A DNA stretch of 64,000 bases from NCBI GenBank assembly GCA_964016885.1, contig OZ024740.1:341620001-341684000 (forward strand), read 5' to 3'. Below the pieces are notes generated by a model. The model had not been told where the DNA came from, did not search any database, and saw only the letters and a program-made list of their open reading frames with translations. The DNA is from Eledone cirrhosa (taxonomy: Eukaryota). The translations under genes and the position numbers were made by a program. Numbering within the stretch: the first letter of the stretch is position 1; each line of letters opens with the position of its first letter. This document shows, piece after piece, positions 51,224 to 64,000 of the stretch.

Positions 51224-51400
51224 TTGTTTCTAACATAGGCACAAAGCCAGAAGTTTCAAGAGATGGGTTAGCTGATTAAGTTCACCCCAGTACTTGACTG
51301 GTACTTTATTTTATAAACCTTAGAAGGATGAAAGATAAAGTTGACCTCAATGGAATTTGATCTTAGAATGTAAAGGCAGAACAAATACTGCAAGATATAT
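51224..51400 (-). mobile_element. Older SINE with Meta/MESC-type core
   Basis: ctggtactttattttat..aaggatgaaag..aaagttgacctc..atttga. Confidence 0.6.
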
Positions 51401-51529
51401 TTAGAATCCTACCGATCCAATAGCAACAACAATAATATTGATTTCTTTTTGAAAAATTGTACTGTAATAATATTTGTCTAATGAACGTAATAAACTATTT
51501 ATTACAATTTTTACTGTATACTTTTTCAG

Positions 51530-51721
51530 AAGCAAAATGTAAGCCTTTATCTTCTATTGATGGAGGTTTACTTAAACCTCTTGACTGCTCCAAAAGAAAT
51601 AGCAATCCAGGAGTAATTTGCAGATATAAATGTAAAAAAGGATATAAATTATTTGGACCTTCTCAGAAGAAATGTGGTGATCATGGTGAATGGAATGTTA
51701 CTAAAGAAACTAGATGTGTTG
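51530..51721 (+). CDS. SVEP1: SVEP1-like coding exon 6: sushi/CCP domain
   Basis: AKCKPL..CRYKCKKGYKLFGPSQKKCGDHGEWN..RCV G|gtaaga; 192 bp. Confidence 0.88.
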
Positions 51722-51762
51722 GTAAGATTGTCTTGTGATTACTACATTATTGTTGACAACTA

Positions 51763-51826
51763 ACTGTACTTGATAGAAACTTATGATGCTGAGGTATCAG
51801 CATCATAAGTTTCTATCAAGTACAGT
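51763..51826. repeat. Perfect 30-bp inverted repeat with 4-nt loop (intronic)
   Basis: actgtacttgatagaaacttatgatgctga-ggta-tcagcatcataagtttctatcaagtacagt. Confidence 0.95.
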
Positions 51827-52263
51827 ATCATCTTCAAATGGAAGTACTAAGGGTCAAATGTTTTTTTCTTTAAATTTAAGTGTTATGTATAATGAAATGT
51901 AATGGCTACCAACATAAAGTATCTGTTGTTTAGTAACAAGAATCCTTTTGACAGGTTCTTAACATTATATTTCTGTTATTTAAAGAATCAAATTAGGTTT
52001 AAATTCTCTTTTGGCTAAGTTCTCACATTGAAAAATCCTTAAAGTATGGACAGAGTCACATACCAACTGAGTCCACCTTTCCTTTCTCCCTTGCATCAAC
52101 CACTAGAACCTTTCTTCATATTAAATAGACAAAATAGCAAAATACAGTATTTATTCACATATAGTAGTATTATTAATACACGCATTTTCCTGAAAAATAT
52201 GAAATTTGTTGGCTTTATAGTAGCTGCATTTTTATGGCCTACAGCAAGATAATTCAAAGGTGT

Positions 52264-52870
52264 TCTTCTTCTTCACCCATTTATTCCTGGGAAAGTCAGG
52301 GAAGTAGAGTCTTCAAGCACACCTCCCAGCTGGTCTTGTCAGAAGTAACTGTCTCCAATTGATTTGACTGGATCAGCCAAGTTCATCGATGTTATCCAAC
52401 CATCTTGCATGGAATATACTGTTGAACCTCCTGTAGGTTGGTTTTGCCCATAAAGTCTGTTTAGTGATTCTTTCCTGAGACAATCTAACTACATGTCCAT
52501 AGTATCAGAACAGTGATCTCTCAATTTGGAGAAGTAGTAGCTCTACCTGGAGTGACTGTCTGATCTCCAAGCTACACATTCTATCGAATTATGTTACACC
52601 AAAGACCCTTCTGAGGAACCCCATTTCAGCTGCTTTTATTTATAATCGTATTCTTTCGATCATTATACAAGACTCATGACCATAGGTAATGCCAAATTGA
52701 AAATAAAGAGCTTGGCTTTTACACCTACCTCCATTCTTCTGATGATCAAATGCTGAATCTTCTGCATTACTACACCAGCTCCTGTAATTCTTGCACTTAA
52801 TTCAGCCTCGTTCCTCCTATCAGTCATGAACATGGCCCTAAAATACTTAAACTTTTCTATCTGCTACACA
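52264..52870 (-). mobile_element. RTE fragment, (GAA)n-tail family
   Basis: Homologous to 27663-28030 and extends to a FKYLG-like motif (~52840). Confidence 0.7.
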
Positions 52871-53618
52871 CATGTAGAGTTCACTGCACAGGCTTCCTTG
52901 AGTAGATGTCTCAGTCTTTGCAGCACTGATTTCCATTCCTGCTGGGAAGCCTTTGGCATCAAACCTATCAAGTGCATGTTGGTGATTGCCTACTTGTATC
53001 GCAAGTGCAAGAAGGAGGACTTATTTCCAAGCCAAGCTTTGTAAGCCCCCTTCTTTGCTGGGGTGGCATCTTTGACCATGTGATTGTGCAAGGAGTCCTT
53101 CTGCTACCTGGTGCCACACCAAGCCACTTTTGTCCCTAATATTTAACAGCTGAAGCAGAAACTGCTGAACTAAACAGCCTCCACTTTGCTTCAACATCCT
53201 CAATTTGTTCAGGAAGTTCTCTGAATTTGGATGCCATAGTATCTGCAAACCTGTTGGCTGTTCATCAACTTCATTTAAGCTACCTTTGTGTTATTGGTCT
53301 GCTTGGACATATTGGATGAAGGATATATTCCTGAGGTCACTTCACAAACAAGTGAAACCACCAAAGTTTACGACTTCAGGAAAAAAATTATATAAAGATT
53401 AAAGGTGATTATGGAATTTCCTCTATTTTTCTTTACATTGTTTTAATTAGTTTATATTAAAATTATCATCATAACAACTTATTTGAAGATGTTAGGGTAT
53501 TCAAAGGTCATAAGTGCTGCCTCATTTTTCTACATGTAAATAAGGAAAAATATAAATTTAAGGGATTGACCAAGCTTTTCCATATAAATTATTCTGTTAA
53601 TTTCCTTCATTTATTCAG

Positions 53619-53867
53619 ATATTGAATCTCCAAAATTGAAGTGCCCAGCAGACATAATTGTTGCTGCCAGAAACCAGGATTATGCTATTGTCCATATACA
53701 TACTGAAAATCTTCCAATGAGTGACAATTCTAATTATGTAAAATTAACTTACAGTGGTCTCACTGAAAATCCTGCACGATTTAAACTAGGTTTCCACCAG
53801 ATTGAGTTCTTTGCTAGAGATAGAACTGGAAATAATGTCTCCTGCATACAGCGTATACGAGTTCAAA
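53619..53867 (+). CDS. SVEP1: SVEP1-like coding exon 7: HYR domain
   Basis: DIESPKLKCPADI..SDNS..FKLGFHQIEFFARDRTGNNVSCIQRIRVQ; 249 bp. Confidence 0.88.
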
Positions 53868-56800
53868 GTAAGTTCTTGCTCATTCATAGAACCATTTGGA
53901 TAAAAATGGAATATTATTAGGATATTTCTGTATCTTCTTGCTATCAACTTATGCATGCATTAGGGCTGGAAATGGAGTTTATATTTGAGGCATTGCTAAG
54001 GGTGGGGCTGGGGTAGTGTAAGGAGAAGCATTATCATAGTATAGGGGGTAATATTGTATGTGGTGTTAATTTGATATTAATGGTGATATTATTGGCTGTA
54101 ATGATAATTGTGATATAATTGTTATATGCTAATATTGTAGTGTTGCATGCATTTAACATGCTGATTAAGGCTGGTTAAAGTGGTTCTCAGTTCAGTATCA
54201 GAGTTTGGCTATTTGAATAAAGCTTCTGAGCATAAACAATATGTAATTAGAACTTTGCTTGGATAAATACAGTACATGACAATGATGTTTTCAGTTAATA
54301 AGAATAAACCTACAGTCTATGGCCAAAATATAATAAACTTTGCTATCATGTTTTGCAGTGATGCTTTGCTGATATGGAAAGGACAGAAAAGCTTTTAGAT
54401 ACAAAAGATAAAAAAACAAATAGCAGATTTGTTTCATAAAAAGCAGATATAATTTCTGTAATGATGAAACTCCTGGAACTTTATAAAATAAATTTAAACA
54501 GTATGATATCTGAAATAATGTTAACAGTTCATCCCCCAATAAATTAATAGTTGTTGAAAGAGTAAAAATTTTATAACATCTCTCTGAATCAATGCAAAGT
54601 GATTCACAGAGATTACATAGGTTAGCTCATTTTGGTGAATTTGAAAACATTAGAATTCAAGAATGAAGTGCAAAAGATGATAGGTTCAAATGGGATTCAC
54701 AGATGGCATGTAATTTTCTGAGCATTGTATAAAATATTAGAATATCTTCAATAATTTATTCTGAAGCTTAATGCATGCATTTTATTCATTCAATAGCTTA
54801 GAATCATCTGAATTTCAGATAACCGCAAAAAAGCAACAACAAAAAAATACAAAAAAAAAACAACAGCAAAAAATACAGGTGTTCTTGAGGATGTCACTGT
54901 GTCACATGATGTTTTTGGTTTGATAGCTCTATCACAGCTTATATCAACTAAGCTTCCTCTCTTTATCTTTCCATCTGTTTCACTTTCTATCAACTCTAAT
55001 AAACACTGGTATTTAGTAATGTCTTCCTCTTTTCTGTACATGGAAGACGTGCTTGTAGTTACCTTTAACACACATTCCTATACACAGGCTACAACTCTTT
55101 TCTAACCTTAGACTTTCACACACACTCACTTTCTGTAAAAAGCTTCAAAAATCCCAGAAATAGTAGTCAATTATTCTTTATATCTCATCCTACCAACTTA
55201 AAAGCAAGAAGAATATATAAGATAATGGGGTTCTAAATACAATGTGCCTAAATAAAATATGAGATGATAATGGTGGGATTGCCTTTCATTATAGATTTGC
55301 TGGATCAGAACTGATCTGGGGCTAAGCAAACAATAAAAACCAACCAAACATCAATCTAAGTAAACATCAACCACATCAATCAGGTAGAGCTTGAGAGATC
55401 CTGAAAGAGCTATAAGTGTTGCTATTTTCCCTCAGATTAACTAGTAGAAGAATCAGGGTTATTATAAACACTAAATACTAGTAAAAAAAAACAACTATTT
55501 CTCAACATATATTAAATAACAAATACTCCCATATCATTGAATAATCTATATATAAATTTGAGTGAATTCCGTTCGTCACACAATATGCATGTGTGTTTGT
55601 GTGTATTTGTGTGAATGTATGCCTGTGAGTGTGTATTTTTGTAAATGTGTCTATAATACTATGCTGTTTATTTTAAAGTTATTTTATATTTATCTAAAAA
55701 CCTTAGATTATAATTTTATGTGAGAACCTTTTTTAAGTTATGTTCCAAACATCATCACCATCACTTTTACATCCACTTCTCTATGCTGGCATGGGTTGAA
55801 CAGGATATTTTAAGAGAATGTTTTACATCCAGATGCTCTCCTTCACATTAACCCTTTTAGTTGTCTCTTACAATATGCAGGGATACAGTGTACCTATTTT
55901 AAAAACTGGGGTACACCAGCTTATAAATTAAAAAGTTAGTTATATGACTAAACTCTCTCTAAATTCTTGATTATTTTCAAAATGAAGTGAAAATTATTGT
56001 ATTTCATTGTATTTCATTAAAGATATGGCAATGAAAAGGTTAAGCCAACATCATGTCCTCTGTCTTTTATTGACTTTTTATATAAACCACAATATTTAGT
56101 TTGAACTTTATTTAATGATATCCTGTTGTATAGATTGAGAGTATGTTGCCATTCAGCAGTTTTTGTTGTAAAACTATTCTCCTTTGGCTTTTTATTTGAA
56201 AATATTTCAGCTTGACTAACAGAGAAAAATAAACAGGGTGATTTTGTTTTATTGTTCTTTATAAAGCAGCTAGTTACAGCAGGGGAGGAGAGATCTTGAT
56301 AAGAGCTGACAGACTAACTGTATAAGAAAGACAAACTTTGAAAAGATCTCAGAGGAAATCTGTTTTGTAACATAGAGAAGACTTTAGAATGAAATAACAC
56401 AACAGTCTTCTTTAATGTTAGTTGGGCTGTTATATTTCCATGAGATTGTATCAATTCTTAAAGAAAATAATAGTATTTTATCAAAATAACTGGCAGATTT
56501 AACTGGTATAAGAAAGTAAATTGTTTTAGGTTCAGTTGATTTATATGTAATTTTATTTTTGTTATCATGGGCTCAACTGAGAGATAATTATGTAATTATA
56601 GGTTTATTTACAAATGCTGCAACACGTCTGATAGTGTTGTTATTGTTGTTACTGAGTTGTAGTGCTGTGATGTTAGTCTTCTTCTTTTGAAGACCAGTTA
56701 CATAAAAACATTCAAATGAAGTATTTAATTAGGAGTGTTTAGGTTTTGGTTAAACGTCAATGCTTTTGATTTTTCTCTGTTTAGTCAGAGAGAAGAACAA

Positions 56801-57972
56801 TGCTAATGTCCCTTTCAGAGTCTCTGAGACTGGTAGCAGGGAGAAATAACGGTATCCTCAAACCAGATACCTGATCAAAATGCTTGCAACAAAGTGGACT
56901 CCACTAAAAGCAGCCAGAAGTCAGGTGGTAGTGCTGAGCAAAGTAACAGATTAAGTCTTACATCCAAGTCAGCTTCATCAGAATTTGGACTCAGAATGCA
57001 AAGATAGAATATTGCAAAACATTTCATCCATCACTAACAATTCAACTAATCCACTGCACTGGGCTGCTACTTTTTTTTATTGACCCCAAAGGGGCAACAG
57101 GAAAAGCTGATCTCAACAGGATTGAAATTCGAATCACAGACAGCTGGAACTGATGCCAAAAGGCATTTTGTTCAACACTATAAATCTGCCAATTTTCTGC
57201 CTAATGCCAAGATCATTACTTTAATTGTGATAATCATATCTTCATAACAGAACTGTCTGTCATAAAATGTTCAGCTTGAAACATAGTCTTAATTGTAAAG
57301 TTGGTAGGGAGCTTGTTTAGCTCTTTTGTTACCATATTTCTAACAATTTAAAAAAATTGTTTCGAAAATAATAACTAAATTTCTCATTATTAAGCTATTA
57401 TTTGGAACATAAATTAACAAAGTTTTTTTACATAAAATTATGATGGAAGGTTTTAGATAAATATAAGCACCTTTGTATCATATAATATGGAGCAGTTTGA
57501 GGTATTTTGGTATCAAAAGGTTTATGAGATTTGGCTACTATGTTAATGAGGTGGAATGACTGCATAGAAGCTCCATATGATAAGTACTTGATTATTCTAG
57601 TTATAAATTGGAGACTAGATTAATATAACAATGACATCAATCTCAGATTGCTTTTAATTATAATTGAAAATAGTATGTACAAATCCAAAATCAGCAATTT
57701 TATCTCCTGAAATTTACTTCAGGTAGTAAAATGAGGTAAATTTATTTTAGGTTTGGAACACCTGTCTTAGTGTAACTATTCTTATTTTATTTGTTGAAAG
57801 ATCATTCTCATCTTTAGCTCATGATAATGAAAGTCTGCTACAACTACATATATTTACAGGTGTTTTTTATCTTAAAGAAAAAGAAAAAAGGCAAATTGGA
57901 AAAATCATTAAAATAAATTAACCTCTCGCTCCATCACCTGAATTGATATGAATTTCTTTTATATATTTGCAG

Positions 57973-58206
57973 AAGAAACAATAAGAATGACATATTGTCC
58001 TCAAGATATAAACATGACTGTAGAATACCAAGTTCCAGTCACCTGGCAAAGTCCAGTATTTCTAGACAAGGACAATAAACCAGTTGAATACTACTGCTCC
58101 CATCCAAATGGTTCTAAGTTTCTTGTAGGCCGCTACAACAATATCTGTGCACCTGTTAAAGATTATGGACAGAGTATTAAATGTATATTTTCAATTACTT
58201 TAGAAA
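57973..58206 (+). CDS. SVEP1: SVEP1-like coding exon 8: HYR domain
   Basis: YCPQDI..VTWQSPVFLD..SHPNGSKFLVG..CIFSITLE A|gtgagt; 234 bp. Confidence 0.85.
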
Positions 58207-59419
58207 GTGAGTATTGTGTTAATATAAAGATCAATTTATTTTGTAGATCATTGTTATCATTATTATCATCATCATTATCATCATCTTTGTTATTATCATC
58301 TTCATTATTTACCACTAACACAACCACCACTGCTGTTGCCAGCCCCACTGCCACAACCACAACTTCACTGCTGCCATCATCACCAAAATTATCACCAGCA
58401 TCATTGTCATCATCATTTTATATCTGTTTTTATTTCTTTTTCATGCTTGCAAGAGTTTGGTGGGAGTTTTTCTTGCAAAGTGTTCTCTCCTCTCTTGTGG
58501 TCTGTTGTCATCATATTTGTGAGGTTTAGCCTTCTGAGGTCAGCCTTCCACACTTCTTTCTATGTCTTCCATGGTCACCATGGATATAAGCTAGTCAACT
58601 GCATGTATGTAATCTTATGCTATCAAGATTTGTGGCATCTAATTATTACTATAGTTTTTTATCTAAAAGATCAACTTCTTTTGTAGCAAATCACCATCAC
58701 CCTTATCATTATTCAGTTTTTTTTTTCATTCTTGCATGAGTTGGATGAGTCTTTTCTAGCAGAGCCTCACACCACTTATCGTGAATCTTCATCATCTTCA
58801 TTGTGAGATTCAGTCTCCTAAGATCTTCCTCCTTAGATCAGTCATCCATGGTCTTTCTCTTCTGTAGATTCCTTCCACTTGGCTTGCTTGGCACATATTC
58901 ACCTAACAGTCATCCTTCATAAACATCTCACTGTAGTCTTCTTTCTTGCACTCTACTTTTGATTTTCCTTATAACCAGTTCATTTATACTCCATCATTCA
59001 TGCACACTATCATTATGGTTCCAATATTCTGATATATTTGTCTATACCCATAGACTAAAATTGTATGTCTATTTGACTTAGTTGGCATCCCAGAAATCTG
59101 ATCTCAAATCAGCTCTTATCTTATCTACCTTCCCAGTATCTCTATAAGTATTCCATTTGACTCTCCTGTTAATCTTTCCAAATACTACTGGTCAGTTTAT
59201 TTTCACAATAGATAACATAATGATCCAATAAATAGAGATCAATAAATAAAAACTAGTGTCAGAGGCAGACTGGCTTTATAGGCTGGGTAAAAATAAAAAT
59301 ATATATAATTGCTAACTGAACTGTGAAAACATATCTTTGACCTTCAGCAGCCAGTTAGTGTTGCTCAGGTATCTGGGCTGGTTTTAAGACCATGTCTGCT
59401 TCAGAGTGGTGCTGATTTG

Positions 59420-59985
59420 AATGATAATGAAAATTATTGTGTACAGTGCTCAGGTGCACTACAATTTATCAAAGGTATGTGTATAATACATAGAATAATT
59501 TGTTTTTACTTTTGACCAGCAATTATCCCAATGCATTACTGATGCTTTATTTTATCGACCCCATAAGGATGAAAGGCAAAGTTAACCTCGGCAGGGTTTG
59601 AACTCAGACTGTAAAGGGACGTAACTCCATGCTGCAAAGTATAATGTACAAATGCCAGGAAAGTGAACAGTGTAAGAGTCATGATATGCACACAGATACA
59701 TACGTGCATATGTATGGAGAGGTAATATCAGGTGTAGTGTTGGCAAATTTCAGGAAGCATGGACGTTTTGAAGGATGCCGTGTCCCATCGGCTAACAACC
59801 GATACAGGTAGTTTGTTCCATGCTTCAGCAACTCTGAGCATGAAAAATGTTTCCGAAAGTCATGCGAGTTGTACTGTTTTCTGATTTTGTAAGCATGTCC
59901 ATGGGTGTTAGACACATGGAATTCAAAAAGGTACTCAGGTTTGTTGTTGGCAAGATGATTAATAATTTTGAGGGTGTTTACCAAG
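59420..59985 (-). mobile_element. CR1 3' fragment (same family as 21605-24708) interrupted by a SINE at ~59496-59637
   Basis: Matches 21612-22018. The inserted segment carries the Meta-type core. Confidence 0.88.
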
Positions 59986-60156
59986 TATTTTGTGGGTCTC
60001 TACTGAAATCTTTGAGTGTGTTGCCCACTCTTGAAGTTCCATACTTCATCATTTCTGATGTGCAAGGGCCATCGGGATGTAAAATACAGCCCTTTCTCTT
60101 CACATGTAACACGAATGAAAAAATGCAAACGGTTATATCTTTATTTTGTTTTTCAG

Positions 60157-60345
60157 GAAAAAGCTGTGAAAAACCACTACCACCTAAAAATGGTGGCCTT
60201 ACTTGTCATAGTATGAGTTCACAATATCTACAAATATGTTTGGCACAGTGTAGTAAAGAGTTTGATTTTGTTGAGATGCCCAGGGAGCAATATTACTGTC
60301 TCCTTGACGGTAATTGGTCCACAGAATTATGGCCAGATTGCTCAT
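60157..60345 (+). CDS. SVEP1: SVEP1-like coding exon 9: sushi/CCP domain
   Basis: SCEKPLPPKNGGLTC..CLAQCSKEFDF..YYCLLDGNW..WPDCS; 189 bp. Confidence 0.88.
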
Positions 60346-60831
60346 GTAAGTAGATGCCATTTTATTTTTAAATGTCTCTCTTTTTCTCCCTCTCCACAAT
60401 TAATCTTATGAATAAAATAGAATGCATGTATGTGTGTGTGTGTGTGTGTGTGTGTGAGTATATATATATGTATATATGCATGTAAGTATGTGTGTCTAGA
60501 AGACTCTTTTCATTGCTTACTGGTTAGACAATGGAAGGAGACATCTATACACACTGAACTGAATTATTTTCTCTGCTTCTAACTTGATATCGAACATCGA
60601 ACATCGTCGTCGTTGTCATAATCATCATCATCATCAGTTGTCGTCGTTGTCGTCGTCATCGTCATCATCATCATCATTATCATCCTTGTTTTAAGTCCAC
60701 TTTTTTATGATAGCATGGGTTGGATGGCACTTATTGAGGTAGTTTATATTTTCTATTGACACAACCAAATGCCAACCTATACTTTGTTTATAAGTATGGT
60801 ATAAATTGCATTTGTTCATTGAACCCCTAAA

Positions 60832-61150
60832 CATCATCATAATCATCAGGTCGAGCTTGCTCGGCTTTCTACGACATGTTTCCTCCATCCATCTCTGTCT
60901 TTCATAGCATTTGCCAGTTCTTCCGCAGTGCATCCAGTATCGTCCTCAAGTTGCTTGACATATGTCTTCTTGGGACGACCAGCGTTTCTTGCTCCATAAA
61001 ATGGACTCCATAACAACACATCACCTGCTATTTCTTCCTTGCAGCGCCAACAGTGGCCAGCAAATCTGAGTCTCTGTACACGTATTGACCTGCTGATAGG
61101 TGGTATATTGCCATAGAGATCCTTATTTGTTGGGTGTTCCCTCCAAGATA
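60832..61150 (-). mobile_element. Third RTE-group LINE 3' fragment
   Basis: Minus strand reads HPTNKDLYGNIPPI..QRLRFAGHCWR..LLWSP..GRPKKTYVKQLEDDTG, then a (GAT)n tail. Confidence 0.75.
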
Positions 61151-62057
61151 TTGCTTACAGGGGACATGAACAAAAAACATTGCTTGCTTTTAAGTATTGT
61201 CAATAAGAAGAGGCCTGTGGTAAATTAATATGCATGCGCATACACTAACAACAACATCAAGTTGTTTGAGGCCATTTCAATAAGAAGGTAATTTGCTGGC
61301 ATCTATTTCTTTTCTAAGTATAATTGGTCACTGACATGCCAGTGAGAGGTTCATCCACAAGTTTTATTTTTAATCCTGCTGGGTGCCCAGACATTCCCCT
61401 CACTCAGTAAACTGGGGGAGATTGATGGTTGAGTTACTGGTCACCCAACCATCATACACACTAATATTGAAAACAAAAACTAAATAGACAGCTCACACCT
61501 ATGTAGGTTTGGCTGGCCTTCTATAAGGGCACATCTCATAGGAGATATTACAGTGTTTTAATGATAAGGGACTCAGTCCTATCATGAAATGCAATGAAAA
61601 ATGAAGCGTTTTGCTCAAGAATATAACAGCCCACTTAAGGAATTGTATCCCTGACCATATGATTGTGAGTTCAACACCCTAACCACTAGGCCATGCACCT
61701 ATTTCATTTTATGTTGTTATTCTGCATGCTGTTATTTGTAGGGAAAGTTTAAGAAGGTGTGTCACTCATTAACAGTTAATGGGGAAAGAACCTACCTCTA
61801 TCATCATCATCATTCTTTTGTCTTCTGTCTATTTTGGCACAGGTTGGATGGCTGCTTATTGTGATTACTTTAGGATGGAGGCTTTTAGATAAAAATAACT
61901 GGCTGATAACATTAAGCAAAGAATGAAGCACCAACAATATACAGAGATTGAGTTAATCAATTATATCTTTCTACTCCACAAAATTTGTTGCTATGTGGCA
62001 ATTTTAGAAATTATTACTAATTTAGTTTCTTTTTTTTACTTTGAATTTTTTTCACAG

Positions 62058-62573
62058 CGGTTCACATTCCTGGTGCCGCTGCCATGCAGGGAATGATGGA
62101 ATACTATTATTTCACTGGTGATTGTATTAAGGCTCATGACCAAATTCGTCGCATGTTCCGCGAGAAGTTTGATGATCATTTTAGCAAATACTGTAAAAAA
62201 GCAGAGTGCCATGTGGAGGATATTGAAGTAATATGTTCTGAAATTCAACAGCGCAAAAGAAGAGACACAAAAAATACAATGAAATCTAGGTTTTCTAAAC
62301 GTGATGTTCAACAAAGCTTAAAGATACGATTTAAAATTGTAAGTTCAATACAGAATAAAAAAATTACAAAAAATGAACAGTTTCTTTTGCGAAGAATTCT
62401 TGGACAAATAAACTATAACATAAAAACAAATGGTATGAACATAACAACCAATGACAGTAATCTCATTGGTAATTTAAGTTTCAAGAACTATACCTCTGGA
62501 AGTATTGAAATTGAGGCACACTGTGAAGACAAAAATATGATAACTGTAAAGTCTGTTTCAGAAATAAAGTGTG
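62058..62573 (+). CDS. SVEP1: SVEP1-like coding exon 10: region with RKRR furin-type site; gene continues past the window
   Basis: In frame with exon 9. YYYFTGDC..C..ECHVEDIEVIC..RKRR..AHC..KC G|gtaagt; 516 bp. Confidence 0.82.
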
Positions 62574-62644
62574 GTAAGTATTACTTGGTTTTCTTTTATT
62601 CATTCTTCATTACTTATCATCATCATCGTTTAATGTCCATTTTC

Positions 62645-62810
62645 ATTATATTTTCACAGTAAAGGCTTTACTTCACATAATTATCTCACATAATATCGAA
62701 TCTATGAGATTTTTATGTTATTTATTTTGAGAACAATACCTTAACATAAGTATGAACAGAAAGAGGTGAGAGAATTCCAGCCAGATACGGCCAGTTTAAA
62801 TGCTAAAGGG
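62645..62810. mobile_element. Partial piggyBac-type MITE
   Basis: Matches 8083-8269 and ends TGCTAAAGGG|TTAA. Confidence 0.65.
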
Positions 62811-62930
62811 TTAAGGGAAGAAGATTAGCAACATTTTTAAAGCTTCAGACAGGATGTGTCTCTGCCAGCTTTGTGCTTTTCCAAGTTCAAATCCCACTTC
62901 CTGTCACTAGGTAAAAATAAATATATATAT

Positions 62931-63260
62931 GGAGGCACATGGCTTAGTGGTTAGAGCATTGGCCTTGCAATCGAAAGGTTGTGAGTTCAATTCTCAGACC
63001 GAGTGATGTGTTGTTTCCTTGAGCAAGACACTTTATTTCATGTTGCTCCAGTTTACTCAGCTGTAGAAATGAGATGATAGGGACTGGGTTCCCTATCATT
63101 CCACTGCAAAGTGGTCATGGAGGTGCCACGACAAAAAGCACCCAGCACTCACTGTAAATGAGGTTGCTGTTAGGAAGGGCATCCAGCTGTAGAAATCAAG
63201 CCAAAATCAGTTCCCGTCCCACCCTTGCAAGCAGGGAAAAGCGGACGTAAAATGATGATG
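62931..63260 (+). mobile_element. Full-length tRNA-derived SINE with RTE-derived 3' tail
   Basis: A box tggcttagtgg, B box gagttcaattc and core ttgagcaagacac. The 3' end (gttaggaagggcatccagctgtagaaa..ggacgtaaaatgatgat) is shared with the RTE 3' UTR. Confidence 0.85.
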
Positions 63261-64000
63261 ATATAAAAAAGACATGACACTTGTGCCAGGAGCTAAAGCT
63301 GATAGATAGTATCAGCAATGGAAAGAAACCAATTGAAACATAGTTTCTTTGGTTCATTTAGATGGTTAGTGATCTTCTCATTGATCATTGTTATTAATAT
63401 GTCTTAAAGGAGTATATTTTAAAGAACATATTTTTCCCTAGAAAACACTTAATACCTTTGATACCAAACTGATTGAAACCATCCCAGGTTCTATAAAAAA
63501 AAATGTTTATTTAAAAACTTTTATATCTATCTAAAAAGTTACCACCATAATTTTATGTTAGAACCATTGTTAAGTTATATTCCAAACACCAACTTAAGAA
63601 TGAGAAAGTTAGTTATATTACTGAATCCTTCCAAATTCTTTATGATTTTCAAAAATTATTTGAAAATTATAGGTAGCGTATTTCATTAGAAATATAGTAA
63701 CAAAATATTTAAAATCCTATATTTCTAATGAAATACATTGCCTATAGTTTTCAAAATTATTTGAAAATTATTGGCAGTGTATTTCATTAGTAATATAGTA
63801 ACAAAAGGTTTAAAATCCTATATATTCTATTGTTATCAATAACTCCATGATTCTTTAATGCAACCTCAATACTATTAGATGACATTTCAATGCTGTCATA
63901 TGACTAAGATCATGCTGTATACTACCATTGCAGTGAATTGTCCTGTTGGCTACTTCTACAGAAACAATAGTTGTATACCATGTCCCATTGGAGAATATCA

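Noticed and set aside
62931-63000. Functional tRNA gene
   Set aside because: The acceptor stem is not formed and the sequence continues into a SINE core and RTE tail.

Overview
AT-rich, microsatellite-dense animal DNA, most likely an octopus or other coleoid cephalopod, inferred from the tRNA-derived SINEs with RTE tails, the RTE/CR1 LINEs and the dense (TA)n/(CAT)n runs. The 3' third holds the first ten coding exons of a + strand SVEP1/polydom-like gene (signal peptide-vWA-EGF-ephrin-receptor-like-3xCCP-2xHYR-CCP-furin-site region). All ten splice in frame with phase-1 introns, and the gene runs off the window. The rest is transposon-rich: several RTE LINE copies whose RT carries an embedded C4HC3 PHD-type finger, a CR1 LINE nested inside one of them, an AviRTE/BovB-like fragment with a twin-priming-type inversion, SINEs, and piggyBac- and mariner-type MITEs. 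There is also a ~10-kb array of a 53-bp minisatellite. The strongest hidden signal is about a dozen short non-coding elements of mostly unrelated sequence, usually sitting in (TA)n tracts. They carry minimal type I hammerhead ribozyme motifs (CUGAnGA...GAAA-palindromic helix III-UH). Most are arranged as fold-back palindromes whose turn points often fall on the ribozyme helices, and several share a TTGAGTAC motif near their 3' ends. They look like Penelope-type pLTR/retrozyme relics. All calls were made by eye, without database searches or folding software.
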